DNA of 62,999 bases, filler included, from Globobulimina sp. (Eukaryota), in the NCBI GenBank assembly GCA_003354225.1. It is 40 parts of 40 records of this genome, joined end to end, with 100 filler letters (N's around TTAATTAATTAA, not from the genome) between each part and the next. Parts side by side here need not be neighbours in the genome. Positions count along the whole stretch, not along the records: positions 22,098 to 23,575 come from PIVH01016052.1; positions 23,676 to 25,153 come from PIVH01016053.1; positions 25,254 to 26,731 come from PIVH01016054.1; positions 26,832 to 28,308 come from PIVH01016055.1; positions 28,409 to 29,885 come from PIVH01016056.1; positions 29,986 to 31,462 come from PIVH01016057.1; positions 31,563 to 33,039 come from PIVH01016058.1; positions 33,140 to 34,616 come from PIVH01016059.1; 32 more parts are not named here. One strand, written 5' to 3'. The translations under genes were made by a program, and so were the position numbers. Shown piece by piece: positions 22,844 to 36,442 of the stretch. Each line of letters opens with the position of its first letter. Positions within the stretch are counted from its first letter, which is position 1. The notes beneath the pieces were generated by a model. That model made no database searches, was not told the DNA's origin, and was given only the letters and a program-made list of their open reading frames with translations.

Positions 22844-24536
22844 AAACATTTAATATTTGACTTTTAAATTGTTCAATATCTTTAATTTCTGTATTTAATT
22901 ATGCGTAATGATCAGCTGAGTTTAATCAATTTAAAAATAGTACGCATGCTCCACAAATGTCATTTTTCTTCGAAATGTTTTGATGCAGTCAGTGTGTGGT
23001 AAATGTGCTGCAAGAAACAACAATTGAGTCATATTTTGTGGATGAGATAAATATGGCTCTTGTTTGCCGCCAAGCAGAAGCATGATGGATAACATATGGT
23101 GCAGCTATTTGTTTATTATACGGTCCAATCATGATTCGAGTTTCATCATTTAGTTTGAAAATAGAATTATTAAATCTTGCATTCCGATTTCCGACCTATA
23201 TAGCAATTAAATGCACCTTGTTCCATTGGCCAGTATTTTCTCCAGAAAAGCAGGTTATTCACAGATTTCTTGTTGGATATTTTGTTGGATATTTGGTTGG
23301 ATAATTCGTTGGATAATTGGTCTGATTCAAAGTAGGTCTGTGTATATTAGATTAGATTAGATTAGATGAATTTAACATAAACTATGTGAAAACACAAAGC
23401 TCAGCAATAAATATGTCACAGTAACAATGTAAAGAAGAAAAAAGAAATAAGAAAAATTTAAAAATGCAACTGTACATAGATATGAAATAAAAATATAAAT
23501 GGAAAGACACACAGTCTCACCAACACAAAGGCAAACACAAAGATAAATAATGTTTTTTTAATCGACTTCTAATTCNNNNNNNNNNNNNNNNNNNNNNNNN
23601 NNNNNNNNNNNNNNNNNNNTTAATTAATTAANNNNNNNNNNNNNNNNNNNNNNNNNNNNNNNNNNNNNNNNNNNNATATACAACCTGGCTTTTTGCAGGT
23701 CATCGACTGTGGTGTTCTCCTGTTTCATGATGGTTCTGTTTGTGGTGTTTGTTGTACGTGTTTGTGATTAAGTATTTGAGAAAAAAAAGTATGTAAATTA
23801 ACTGTGAGAGGGATTCTATGCTATCTCTGTTTTCATCAGTGATTAGATTGTTGCTTTTGAGGTTTAGCAGATGGAATTTATCCAAATATTTCATGAACGT
23901 TACGTAGTGATTTAAGTCATCGAATTGGAATTTATGTTTTGTAGAACCAATCATTGCCGCAACGAATACTTCAATGCAGTTGTGGTGTTTTGCGGATTTA
24001 CAGAATCGAGTCATTTTTAATAAATCTATTTCATTTTTGTATTGCAACTCGTTGTTTTTCACTTTATACCATTGTAATTTTGCATTATCGAATATTTTTA
24101 TTGTGCTAAAACAGAATATCGTAATGGTTTTCCATTAAATGAAAATGAAAAGGAGATAGATAAGATAACATACACTGTTTTCCATTGTTTGCCATCTCTT
24201 TTCTTGACCACTGCTTGGAATTCCAAATACGACAAACGATGTCGTTTTTTCTTGTTTGTTGATCTTCGAGACATGATTGATACAATGCTATTTATGAAAA
24301 ATAATAGCTAGATTCTAACGACTGTCCATGCATTATCAAATGTTGCGAATTTCCGAATTATGGAATCACCGCTGCAGCAATCAACAGCTGTGCATCAGAG
24401 GATTTTTATGTTAACTTTTTTACAGAAAAAACGTTGAGCTCAAACTCATCAAAGATCATCATCGTCTGTGTAGAGCAAATTTTGATACAATACAAAAGCA
24501 TATCATTCATGTTAGATTAGCACAAAAGGCTACCGC

Positions 24537-25121
24537 CTACATGGAAACTTTTAATTTGATTACGACTTCTTTTCCAAATCTTGTTGTGAGATCTCTAGCA
24601 GCCCATCGTTTGATATATTGACCAGCTGATCCATTCAACATATTTTGATGACTTCTTGTTTTTACATTAACTAAAACATGGACAAATATTTTATCATCTC
24701 TCTGGTCCACATTCTCCATCTCCAATACCACATTATATGGTACTTCGTTATGTGTTCTTTGATATAATTTAGCTCGAATACATTCCAATATTTCTCCTTC
24801 TATGGACATATTTGTTTTAATATGACTTTCAAATTGCCATTTCCGCGAATACCTATCCACTGATTTTTGATTGACTGCGGAACCAATATGAGACAACAAA
24901 TATCCTTTTACTTTATCAATACGTCTCCTATGTTTTGCTGATATTATCAAAGTAATATCAAATTCACATTTACTATTTATTAGTTCTGCCAATTCATGCA
25001 ATTTGGTATGCGGCCAAAACAAATCGCATTTATTGATCACCAATACAAATTTGTCAACATTTTGTCTATGTAAAATATGTAAAATTATGGACAAGAAACA
25101 AGAATGTAAATAAGTAAACAA
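24537..25121 (-). CDS. Era-family GTPase C-terminal part (G4/G5 + KH domain), eukaryotic/organelle-targeted type
   Basis: VINKCD, ISAK, ECIRAKLY..THNEVPY, SHQNMLNG; preceded by a probable intron. Confidence 0.8.
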   Translation of the reverse strand: MFTYLHSCFLSIILHILHRQNVDKFVLVINKCDLFWPHTKLHELAELINSKCEFDITLIISAKHRRRIDKVKGYLLSHIGSAVNQKSVDRYSRKWQFESHIKTNMSIEGEILECIRAKLYQRTHNEVPYNVVLEMENVDQRDDKIFVHVLVNVKTRSHQNMLNGSAGQYIKRWAARDLTTRFGKEVVIKLKVSM

Positions 25122-25253
25122 TCAAAAGTTACCTGACTGTGTTTAATTGTTCANNNNNNNNNNNNNNNNNNNNNNNNNNNNNNNNNNNNNNNNNNNNTTA
25201 ATTAATTAANNNNNNNNNNNNNNNNNNNNNNNNNNNNNNNNNNNNNNNNNNNN

Positions 25254-26514
25254 ACACATTAACCAGTTCTCTTTCATTCAAAAATCCATCAAATATCAAC
25301 ATCGACGCTACTTTCCCCGGTCCTTGCGATGTATTACCAATTCTCCACGTCAGTTTATTACAAATATCACATCCAACATTACCTATAAATTGTGGTAAAT
25401 TATCATATAAGTCACCAATATAAATATTTGTATTATTATCGCCACCCATTGCCACAACAAATTGCCATTTATCGTCATCCGTATTAATTTCATAATTTTT
25501 AATATTATTCCAGTTGGTATGTAGAGCAGATAGAGCCGGATTGGATTCTGAAGCACAGCCAATATGTTTATGATCGATGTAAATCGGAGCATTGGCGCCA
25601 GAATCAAACGTTGTTAGTAAATGCATTCCTTTCTCCCATTGAATCCATAAAATAAAGGTGTACTGTTCAGGCCATTTAAAGTTTGATGTTTCAAAATATA
25701 AATGTTTCAATCTCGATTGATCTGAACCTAAATGGAAATATGCAATTTTACGCAATTTATTATCAAAATCAATCACTTCGTCATAATCCACCAAATCATT
25801 TGGATGTAACTTGATCGATTTATCTGTTAACTGTTTGTAACAACTTTTATAACTTACATCAAACGGCGCGAGTCGGAATTTCATGGATTTATAATCTTTA
25901 TTCTTTCTAGAAATATAATCAACGACATACATGGAACAAATACAATTTATATTTGATTCGAATAATGATAATTCGGATAGATTTATTTTTTTTGCTGGAT
26001 TTGGCGCAAAATAGGATGAATATAATTGCTGTTTATTCTGTTTATTAAGTTTCTTGAGCTGATTGATTTTGTTATTCACCATTTTTATTGATTTGCTAAT
26101 AAGTAATGAATATTTCGAGATGTCCTCATCGGAATGTAATGACAGTTTTGCTTTCACAAAACAGGATTTAGCAGACAATAATCGATATCTTTTCAGGTCA
26201 TTGGTTTCCAGATTCATTGATAACAATGCTTGGCCTTTGCGTAACAGTGCTTTGGTATTATCTGAATAAATATTTAATACATTGTCACAGAATTCTATGC
26301 ATTGCTGAAACTTTTCTAATTTAAAGTAAATCAATGAGATGTTATTGTTAACAGATACATTTAATTCGGTGTGTTCCGAAATGTTGCTCTTTTTGAGGAA
26401 ATCTAATGATTTGAAATATCTATCAAGTGCTTCAACCGGTCTTCTCGCTGCAAACAATTCATTTCCTTCTTGTTTGTGTTTGGATGCTTCGGAGAAAAAG
26501 TCTGTTTGAGCCAT
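25254..26514 (-). CDS. TPR protein with C-terminal ConA/LamG-like domain (3'-truncated)
   Basis: KQEGNELF...ALDRY, NNISLIYFKL, KALLRKGQA (TPRs); YTFILWIQW...KWQFVVA...IYIG...RIGN (LamG-like). Confidence 0.75.
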
Positions 26515-26831
26515 GACTAAAATGAAAAAAACACGTTTTCACTACTTTGTGAAATATATTAGTGTTTAGATTTAATGGGGGAATATACATCATTGACATG
26601 TTGTGATTTATCATCGGTTTCTTTCGCATCATCCCACCATTCAGTCCACCATTTATCTCTACCATCCCCAATATCGCATTTATGGCATTGCCAATCTTTG
26701 CCAGGTCCTTTATATATTCTTTGTCCTTTAGNNNNNNNNNNNNNNNNNNNNNNNNNNNNNNNNNNNNNNNNNNNNTTAATTAATTAANNNNNNNNNNNNN
26801 NNNNNNNNNNNNNNNNNNNNNNNNNNNNNNN

Positions 26832-27862
26832 CCCCACAGCCACAGCCACAGCCACGCGGCGGTGGGTATGATAAGAGGGTCAAGTTCAAGGCTAAGGGCG
26901 ATGGGAAAGCGCGGACAAAGAGGAAGGTTCCGCGGCCGCCACAGCGGTTGGATGTGGGACGGGATAAATTGAAGCTGCAGAAGAGGCACAGTACGATGAG
27001 CAGTCTGGGCAATGATACGAGTACGGCCGTGCATAAGGTGAAGAGTCAGCCGATGGAGATGAATCAGAGGAAGAGGGATAGTATGAAGATGAGTGGCGTT
27101 GTGAGGCGGAATAGCAATCCGAGTGTGCCTGTACATGTGGATGATGATGATGATAATGAGCAGATTGGACGGGCTCAGACCTATCAATACGGTCAAGGTG
27201 GTGGTGATCAGTGGAATAGCAGTCAGAATAATTATGGGCAGAGCGGTATGGGGTATAATAGGAATCAATATGGTCAGGACAGTCGGAGTAGGAATAGGCA
27301 CAATTATGGACAGAATAATATGAATCAGAATAATAACCAGCAGTATCAGCAAAATAATCAATATAATAATAAGCAATATAATCAGCAATACAGTCGACAT
27401 AAGCAACAAAATAGTATGGAGCGGGTACGGAGGCAGGTTGATAACAGTCAATATGCGCAGAATAATAATAGGCAATATAACAGTTATCCGAATCAGACTA
27501 ATCAATACATGCAAAGTAATAACAACCAATACCCTAAAAATAATATGCAGAATAATAATATGCAGAGTAATAATAATCAATATAACAACAATCAGTCTTA
27601 TAATAATAATCAGTATAATATGCAGAATAATAATAATCAATCGTATAACAATAGATATCAAAATAGGAATAATCAGAGTCAGCACCATAATCAGCACCAG
27701 AACCAAGGGCAATATCATGAGAATCACCATTATAATGATGGCAAAGCAGTACAGCCACCGACTATTTCTGTAAATATCATGAATACCATTCGGCAAAATA
27801 TGCAACGCCGTTTGAATGCGAATACCCCGGAGAGTCCCGGCAGGAAAGGCGCCATCGTTTGA
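26832..27862 (+). CDS. Asn/Gln/Tyr-rich low-complexity protein C-terminus
   Basis: Long N/Q/Y tract (NNMQNNN, YNNNQ); stop at 27862 followed by AT-rich 3' region. Confidence 0.65.
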
Positions 27863-28630
27863 TACATCATTATGTTTAATAGATAATATATTTTAGTTTT
27901 GAATATGTTTTTATTTTATACGGAAAGTATCCCCTCATTTAGCTCCAATGTTACATAGTCTTTTGTTGTTATATATTTTCCTACGTTTTTTTTTCATATA
28001 TACTTTACGACCATTCGAATATTTATTTTTCTATATTTTGTGATTTGTAGTTTTGCCAAATGTTGATATTTTTCTTTTTTGTTTATTAAACACGGTTATT
28101 CTAATATTTTGGTTGTTTGTTTGTGTTGAAAATAAACTTGCCGTAAATTTGAAACTGATCATGATCAAACAAGAAAGTATGCTTTTTTGTTGTATTCTGC
28201 TTCTGTGTTATATACACGTTATATTGCATTAATTACATCAGTCAAAGCTGAAATATATACACTGTATTTTCTAACTTTAACGGTAGAATTAACTTTTTTG
28301 GCTTCGTTNNNNNNNNNNNNNNNNNNNNNNNNNNNNNNNNNNNNNNNNNNNNTTAATTAATTAANNNNNNNNNNNNNNNNNNNNNNNNNNNNNNNNNNNN
28401 NNNNNNNNTTGAATATTTGCCACCATTGGCGTTCTGCTTTTAGAATTTACACAATGCGCAAATATGTAGATGATTTCCATAATGATGTGGTTTGTTTCAC
28501 CATTTTCTTCATCCATTTAATTACCGCCTCTGTATCCATTACTGATGACAGCATTAGGTGTGGGTCGAAATGTTGTTGTATTCTGGTTTGGGTTTTTAAA
28601 GAAAAACCTAGGTCATACAAATCTGGTAAC

Positions 28631-29695
28631 ATGACAGCTCCACTAACAGAATTCTCTGAACTATCAGCTCTTGAAGAAACGTGTGTAATTATTGACGCGT
28701 ATGCATTTGGGATACTTGGCATATTTGCAGCAATTTATTATTTAATTTCTGTTAAAAATCAATTAAATCAACACCAAAAGAATAAATATTATCAATATGC
28801 AACGCATTGTGCAATTGCATCATTTATTTGTTCCATCCTTGCATTTTCATTGAAATTATTCTTTGGAAATGATATACTAATTCCACACAATAAATTTGTA
28901 TCAAAAAAAATGAGTTTTGTCTCAATAGTTGATACCTTAATAATTTTTGTTTTTGCTATAGAAGGATTATGTGTATATTATGGATTTCTGTTTCATTCTC
29001 AATCATTAACTGATAAAACACTGAGCAATTTTGTAAGATTTTTGATGGTTGGAACTGCTGTGGTTGTGGCTGCAGAATGTATCATATATATCTTTGACGA
29101 TGCTTTGATTTATACTCCAAAAGAAATTGGAATTGCTCCAACATATAATTTTCATATTGCTATGTATTTAGGACACGAAGACGCTGGATTAGTGCCATAT
29201 GTTTTATTTGTAGTCCTTGCTGTTGATATTATATATTTTATCTATATATTGTATCTGTATATAAATATCTTAAAACAAGTTAATATTTGCTTTTGTTTTA
29301 CTTTGTTATATACGTTATTTGTAAGCTAATCGTTGCTAATTAAGGTGGATGAAGAAAGAAGAGATAGTATTAATGTGAATGTTGGTGATTTAAATGATGT
29401 GCGGACACAAGGCATCAAAGGGATATCATTAATAATATTTACACGGATTGTATTTTGTATTTGTGTGCTTATAATTGGATTAAATTTAGAAATAAAATAT
29501 TTATTTGCAAATATTGTTGTTCTATCAGATAATTTGTGCCTTTTTTTAATTTTGAAATCAAAAAAAAATCAATGGTTATATAATATTACATGTGGACGTT
29601 TTTGTAATAACTGTTGGATAAAAATTGTTTATGGAATGAAATATCGTGCTGTTTATCAACATGACAGTGATGAAGATGACAGTGACAGTGATTAA
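28631..29695 (+). CDS. Seven-transmembrane (GPCR-like) protein
   Basis: Seven hydrophobic segments after removing intron 29279-29344; Cys-rich, acidic C-tail. Confidence 0.6.
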
Positions 29696-30036
29696 ATATA
29701 AATAATTTTTAATTTTAAAAGTCTGCATTACGTTTTTCGAAAAGGTTTTGATAATTTCCTGAAAACAAGAATACGTCCGATACCAAATGGCAACGTCCAT
29801 AAACCAAATACACCAATCGTGATTTTTTGTTGTATACCGAGCATGAAGAAAGAGCTGCAAAATATGGATCTCTACTCGAAGTAAANNNNNNNNNNNNNNN
29901 NNNNNNNNNNNNNNNNNNNNNNNNNNNNNTTAATTAATTAANNNNNNNNNNNNNNNNNNNNNNNNNNNNNNNNNNNNNNNNNNNNCTAACAATGATCTCT
30001 AATTTTAGCCTTTGAATCGCGAATATAAGTCAACTA

Positions 30037-30543
30037 ATGATACTTTTTGAGCTAACTAGCCTCGCAAAACCTGAAACTAATTATCGAATTGGCATTCCCG
30101 GTTTGGGAAATGCGCCAAGCGAACATACCCTGATCACTTACTATCATTCATATGCAATATCCCGCATCAAAGACCTCCGTATCGATGGCGAGCCGATAAT
30201 ATGGAATCAAATGGACACTATGGATCAATTGGGTTTGAGCTTCAATGAGCAGATTCTGGCCAAATTCCAACAGAATGACGTCGGCAATTTATTATTTCAT
30301 AAAGTTTTGCAGTACGTTGGCGATGAATTGGTGCTGAATGACTCGGCCTTAGCCTCGTTATTAAATAAGCAAAAAGTCGGCATGCGATCGCGTATCAATA
30401 CCAAAGTGGTGCGACAGTATGAGATTGACGACAATAACGACTCGGATGACGCCTCGGACGATGAGATAAAATCAGATGACAACGCTGTAAATACGAATAA
30501 TGCGGCCGACTATGTCCAATATGACTTCGACAATGACACCTAA
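30037..30543 (+). CDS. Hypothetical protein (probably 5'-truncated)
   Basis: 168-codon ORF with acidic tail; no motif recognised. Confidence 0.4.
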   Translation: MILFELTSLAKPETNYRIGIPGLGNAPSEHTLITYYHSYAISRIKDLRIDGEPIIWNQMDTMDQLGLSFNEQILAKFQQNDVGNLLFHKVLQYVGDELVLNDSALASLLNKQKVGMRSRINTKVVRQYEIDDNNDSDDASDDEIKSDDNAVNTNNAADYVQYDFDNDT

Positions 30544-30806
30544 TCACTATGTTAGATCGCACCAACAATGGCTGTATCAGCCCTATCGTCATCCAATTAA
30601 ATCGCCTGCACTCTCTCCCAACATCTACCCCTTCTTTTTCCTTATTATTATACTTTTTCTTTAATTTGTCACCAAATCCAACCATTCAAACAAACCTAGC
30701 TCTCTTTTTTCTTTATTTCTACCAAATTCGCCTTATTTTTTCTTACGTTCAATACTTTTATTATTCCTTTTTTCATTTTATTTTTGTATTAAATGGGTTC
30801 ATTGAT

Positions 30807-31462
30807 ATGTACAATGAGATAAATACCGATAATATCATTGCTACACTGAACCATTTGCCTAATATTAAATTACAAACAACGCCTTGCAACGCGCTCATTT
30901 TGTCAGTAAATAAAAATAAATACACACATTATAGGCAGAAACATTGCACGGTACTTGACACTCTGCAGAATAACCGATACTTCATCGGAAATAAGAAAAG
31001 CCACTCAGTCCACAACTACTTCAATCATTTCATGCATGTAATCAAAACAGAATGCATTACCGGATATATGATAAGCACAAAAGACCATAAAAATACGCGG
31101 AAACTATATCGATTTATCGAGCGATACCAATATAGACTACGAAAGCTGTACAAATACATAAAAATCATAATGGATAAATCCCTGCGTTGGGTGACTCTGC
31201 GTATGCCACAGCATCGATATCATCCCATCAAATCGTTTATATTGGGCAGATTTCCCCAACATATTCACATTCGATTCAAGAAGATACCGTACAATAAAGA
31301 GACTGTAGAAGAGACTGTGTACAAACAGCTCCATGCTTTTAATAAAAGTCCGGCGAAAATCTTGACACTCTACGACTTCATAGTAAAAAATCACTATGTT
31401 GAGAACGACCCAGTTCTGCAGCAATCTGCCACGAATGGCAAATACCACATTAAATGGTACGT
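30807..31462 (+). CDS. Hypothetical basic protein (3'-truncated)
   Basis: Open frame from MYNEINT to the contig end. Confidence 0.4.
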
Positions 31463-31625
31463 NNNNNNNNNNNNNNNNNNNNNNNNNNNNNNNNNNNNNN
31501 NNNNNNTTAATTAATTAANNNNNNNNNNNNNNNNNNNNNNNNNNNNNNNNNNNNNNNNNNNNGATCCTCGTTACCCAGTTATATTGCATTAGTTTCATCC
31601 AATTTGAGATGAAATTTAAATCTGG

Positions 31626-33020
31626 TGAACAGAGTTTTGAAACTCTGTATCTAGAGTTTTGTACAGAGTTTCAAAACTCTGCACATTTTTGCATAGAGTT
31701 TTGAAACTCTGTACATTTTTGCACTACATTTTTGCACTTTATGTCTTACAGTAGTGTTCCCGATAAGATATACGCATATGATTAAATAATATATATATTA
31801 GCTTTAGTCATATGGTGGACCTTAAGGATGGCCTAGGTCCAATTTATATTGCGCAATATAAGAACAACACATTATGTATGTACATTTCATCTCAATAAGA
31901 ATGGATATAATTGATTACGGAGTTCGACATGTTGATGAAAATAAAGTTTATGAGTAATATTCGTCAGTTTTCAGTTTAGTTTTTATGTGGTTGTAATATT
32001 AATATATGTACATGTAACATGTAATAATATAAAAAAAATCACAGCGGTGCATCTTTTTTAAAACTGTTTTCTTTGGTCCACTTTTTGCAGCTGACTTTGC
32101 AAAATCTGTCCACTCTGCCGAAGAGAGTGGACAGTTTTTGCAAACTCCATACTCATAATCAGTTGAATTTTACATTTTTGGCAAAACAACCATGTCAACA
32201 CAACGCTCTCGCAGATGAAATATGCAAACACATGATTACAAATCATCAAGTAAATCTAGATCATGAAGTAGAAACACACGGATAAATAGTTTAGGTAGGT
32301 TCTTTTGCCTGATACTAGTAATATTCGTCAGTTTTCAGTTTAGTTTTTATGTGGTTGTAATATTAATATATGTACATGTAACATGTAATATTTTTAAAAA
32401 AATCACAGCGGTGCATATTTTTTAAAACTACGTTCTTTCTCATTAATTTTACAAAAACTGTCCACTCTCTTCGGCAGAGTGGACAGATTTTGCAAAATCA
32501 GCGGCAATATGTGAAGGGTTTTGCCAACAAAATAAAATGATATATTTGTCAGATTTCAAATTAATTTTTATGTGAGAGTAATCTTAATATATGTTCATGT
32601 AACATATAATAATATAAAAAAAATCACAGCGGTGCATCTTTTTTAAAACTTTGTTTTTTCGCATGACTTGAAAATGACTTGAAAAAATATTCGTCCTATT
32701 CCATGCTCGCTATTTACGTCTCTTTTTTGCCAATGGAATCTATTTACGTCTCTTTTTTGCCAAGAAACTAAGCTACAATAAATATAATAAAATCATGAAC
32801 TTAAAACAAATATGTATTTCAAAATATTCTATCAAAATACTCAAATCATGTACAGAGTTTGAAACTCTATCAAAATACTCAAAGAGTTTTGAAACTCTGT
32901 GGATCCAAATTCCAAACTCTGTTCACAAGATTTCAAAACTCTGTAGCAAAAAATGAACAGAGTTTTGAAACTCTGTTCCAAATTTGATAGAGTTTCAATC
33001 TAGGTACAGAGTTTCAACAT
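31626..33020. repeat. Composite non-coding repeat element (terminal motif clusters, internal direct repeats, inverted hairpins)
   Basis: cagagttttgaaactctg-type motifs at 31630-31712 and 32850-33016; about 113-bp direct repeats at 31953-32065, 32317-32429 and partially ~32565-32650. Confidence 0.85.
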
Positions 33021-33139
33021 TAACTTGAAAGTGCTTTGANNNNNNNNNNNNNNNNNNNNNNNNNNNNNNNNNNNNNNNNNNNNTTAATTAATTAANNNNN
33101 NNNNNNNNNNNNNNNNNNNNNNNNNNNNNNNNNNNNNNN

Positions 33140-34616
33140 CCACTTAACGAAGAGCGATTTTTGCTCGAATGTTGATCTCCCTCTTTTTGAGCATCTGATG
33201 CGGCGAATTCATATTCATTCACATTGAATATAGCAAATAATGAACACATTTTATCATCGTTTTTATCATTCAGTATCAAACGTTTTTCGTTCTTTTTTGC
33301 AGCCAATACATACTGACACTGCTCACTGTTAATCCCAACAGAAAATGTATACCATTCATTCTTAGCATCTTTTTGAAGAAACCAATGTTGTTCATCACCA
33401 TTTGTATATGGCTCAAATCCAACACATTTATTATCGCAATATGCAGTAAGTACCAGTGCCATATCTTTGTGTGTATCAATCCATCCTTTTTTTGCGCAGA
33501 TTCTTTGATGACTCTTTGTGTTCAATTTAAGTTTAATCAAATAATAATTACTTTTATTCGTAGCTTCCAGTGTAAATTTAGCAAATTCTTTAAATGCTTC
33601 ATCGACTTCATACAAACTAATTTCTTGGGAATATGGCTCAATGTAAAATAATCTGTGATTTAATACAGATGCAATATATACGTCATCCTTTAAATCATCA
33701 TAGTCATTGAATGTATTTCTTAAACAATTTTTCTTAAACAATTCCTGTTTCTTGACATATTGTGACCAGCTCCAATTGCATGATTTCACTGCAGATTCTT
33801 TATATGTTAACGCTTTTTGCAATGGATTTATTTTATATTCATTTAACAATAATTTTAACAATGAAATATTATGCCGTGCAGCAGCATGGTGCAATAAATC
33901 GTATCTTGGATCATTTACATCGCATTTTATTGTATCAACCACATACTTAACATATTCATGAGGAGCACATCGTCCACAGATGTAAAGCAAAGGATTATTG
34001 TGCCACAAAGGATAATATCTCCAATCAGCATTATACACATTATTATGAGGCAATATTTGTTTCAACAATGCATATGACATATTACCTTCTCTCTGAACTA
34101 AATGGCATAAATATCTACCAATTTCAGAGGTAGTTTGTGGTCGAATATGAATGATATGCTCTTTGAGCCTCTGTATTGAGGCCATATGAATAAAAAATGG
34201 ATGATTAATATCCTTATGACAACAAAATAAATTATATCTATTCTTGTTCTGGTCGAAGCTTGGAATTCCATTTTTTAATACATCTTCAATGATATTTTCT
34301 TTATAAACCTCTTTATTCCAAAAATTATTGCATTTATTCAATATATTTGTGTCAATAGTTGGATTATTTAATTTTTGTTGAATTAACAACGACTCATTTC
34401 TTAACTGAGCAGTACCTCTAATCCTTATTCCTTTTCGTTCACCAAAATTTGCAATAAATCGGCCAGATTCTTTTTGTATTGCAACCTCTCGAGATTCTGC
34501 ATTGTCATAACCAATATGCATTATATTGCTATGCATTGGATCGACATCATACGAACATATTTCACCATGCACTTCAAATATTGATTTCAACCGTTTTCGA
34601 AGAGACTCTGGGTCCA
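33140..34616 (-). CDS. Multidomain protein: RRM-like, ankyrin-like repeats and possible ricin-B/beta-trefoil (partial)
   Basis: KSIFEVHGEI...HIGYDNAESREVAI; NPLLYIC, LLHHAAARHNISLLKLLL; NGDEQHWFLQ. Confidence 0.55.
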
Positions 34617-34716
34617 NNNNNNNNNNNNNNNNNNNNNNNNNNNNNNNNNNNNNNNNNNNNTTAATTAATTAANNNNNNNNNNNNNNNNNNNNNNNNNNNN
34701 NNNNNNNNNNNNNNNN

Positions 34717-35103
34717 CCAGCCCAGCCCACGTGAAAAAAATCCAGCCCATACTCAGCCCATTCAAAAAAATTTCTGCGATTTGATCGAAAATATGGACAT
34801 TTTTGTAGGTTTTTATGGGTGTAAAAGATTTTTGGCATTCTGAGAACATAATTTTGTGTATTAGGAGTGATTTCTGGCGAAGGCCAGAAGTTTTGGGGAA
34901 ATTGGTGTTCTGAAAGCATAATTTCGTTCAATAGGAGTGATCTCTGGCCGAAGGCTGAAGTTTTGGGAAAATTATTCAGCCCACCTTGAGCCCACCAAAA
35001 TTTTTAGGTCAGCCCAGCCTCCAGAAAAAGAATGGGCTGTCCAGCCCAGCCCATGGGCTGTACATGGGCTGGACACGGACAGCCCAGCCCATGCTCATCT
35101 CTA
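34717..35103 (-). mobile_element. Probable non-autonomous DNA-transposon end with cagcc subterminal repeats
   Basis: Reverse strand begins TAGAGATGAGCATGGGCTGGGCTG at 35103; many cagcccagccca motifs within. Confidence 0.5.
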
Positions 35104-35855
35104 TATACATATTATTGGATACAAACAAATTACCCTTCTCAACGAATAGTGGTTTACAGGTGTTCCACTCGTGCATTGCAGAATGCAGTATGTACGGATT
35201 ACGCACACCGTGGACGCGAAATTTTGTATCAATATGTGTGTTTGCCCAACCACGAACGATTCTTGCACTGACATCATCATACACATACGTTCCAACCATT
35301 CCACCTAAAATATAATAATAATAATATAATTATAATTAATAAATTCATTTCATTGGTCATTTATTTAGTAAATATCAATATCGATATCGACGAAATATGA
35401 TATCGTTGGAGCTCTAATTCAAACCCACAACAACAATATATTAAAGGGCAACCTATCATCATGCGCGCGCAAGCGCATTTTGCACGAAATTATTAATTAT
35501 TATATATATATAAATAATAATAAACAATATTTTACTAAATCTCACCTAAATTTAACAAAAAAGGAGCACATTTATTATTATATGGCATCTTTTGAATACA
35601 CGACCAGACCAATCAATAAACTACAAAATCAGAAAGCACTGTATGTATATTAAAAATAATATATATTTTGTCGTCGTGTTTACGGACGGAAGGCAGGGCA
35701 AAATTAATTAAGGCTACCGTACCTAATTACACCACAGTATTAAAGTGCGCAACGACGTAAAGAGACGCAACCTGGCCTGCATTTTATATGAAGGAGAGAG
35801 GAGATAATTTAATTACCTAATAATAGTGCTGCTAATATAAGAGATAATTAGTGCT

Positions 35856-36193
35856 CAGAGTTGAAACTTTTGACCCGACCCGACCCGACTCGGGTAATCG
35901 GGTCATGCTTTTAAGTGGCAGGTCGGGTCGGTTCGGGTTTATAAAGGGCTCAAGTCGGGTTGGGTCGGGTCGACTCAAATAATAGTCTCGATAAAAATAC
36001 TTTTCCTTCCATAAATTTGTTAGTTTGCCAGATTTAGTCATAAAAAACAGGATTTTAGCATTAAAAATCAATAGAATAGTGCTTATTATGAGGTAAAATA
36101 TGGTTTTGTCAGGCATTTGGGTTGTTTTTGACATTTTTCGAAAAGTTTTTTGGATCGGATCGGGTCGTCGTGGGTTGGTTTTTGCACATCTTG
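35856..36193 (+). mobile_element. Probable non-autonomous hAT-like end with acccg/tcggg subterminal repeats
   Basis: Begins CAGAGTTGAAAC followed by (gaccc)n and inverted (tcggg)n arrays. Confidence 0.5.
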
Positions 36194-36442
36194 NNNNNNN
36201 NNNNNNNNNNNNNNNNNNNNNNNNNNNNNNNNNNNNNTTAATTAATTAANNNNNNNNNNNNNNNNNNNNNNNNNNNNNNNNNNNNNNNNNNNNTTTATTT
36301 TTGTAAAGTTTATCAACACAGAAATAGAAAGGGAAATCACCACTGACATGAATCATGTCAGCATATTGTCTGTATATTATTATTAAGTAAAAGACTGTGT
36401 AGTTTATAGTGTGAATTAGTTGTAACTATATTTTATTAATTT

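Noticed and set aside
26780-27805. 341-aa extremely Ile/Leu-rich minus-strand ORF that looks like a membrane protein
   Set aside because: Antisense shadow of the AAT/CAA-rich N/Q coding strand; the same applies to the antisense ORFs at 58784-59499 and 57420-57818.
31953-32650. Direct repeats with spacers as a possible CRISPR array
   Set aside because: Units are about 113 bp with 135-250 bp gaps, only three copies, and no cas genes.
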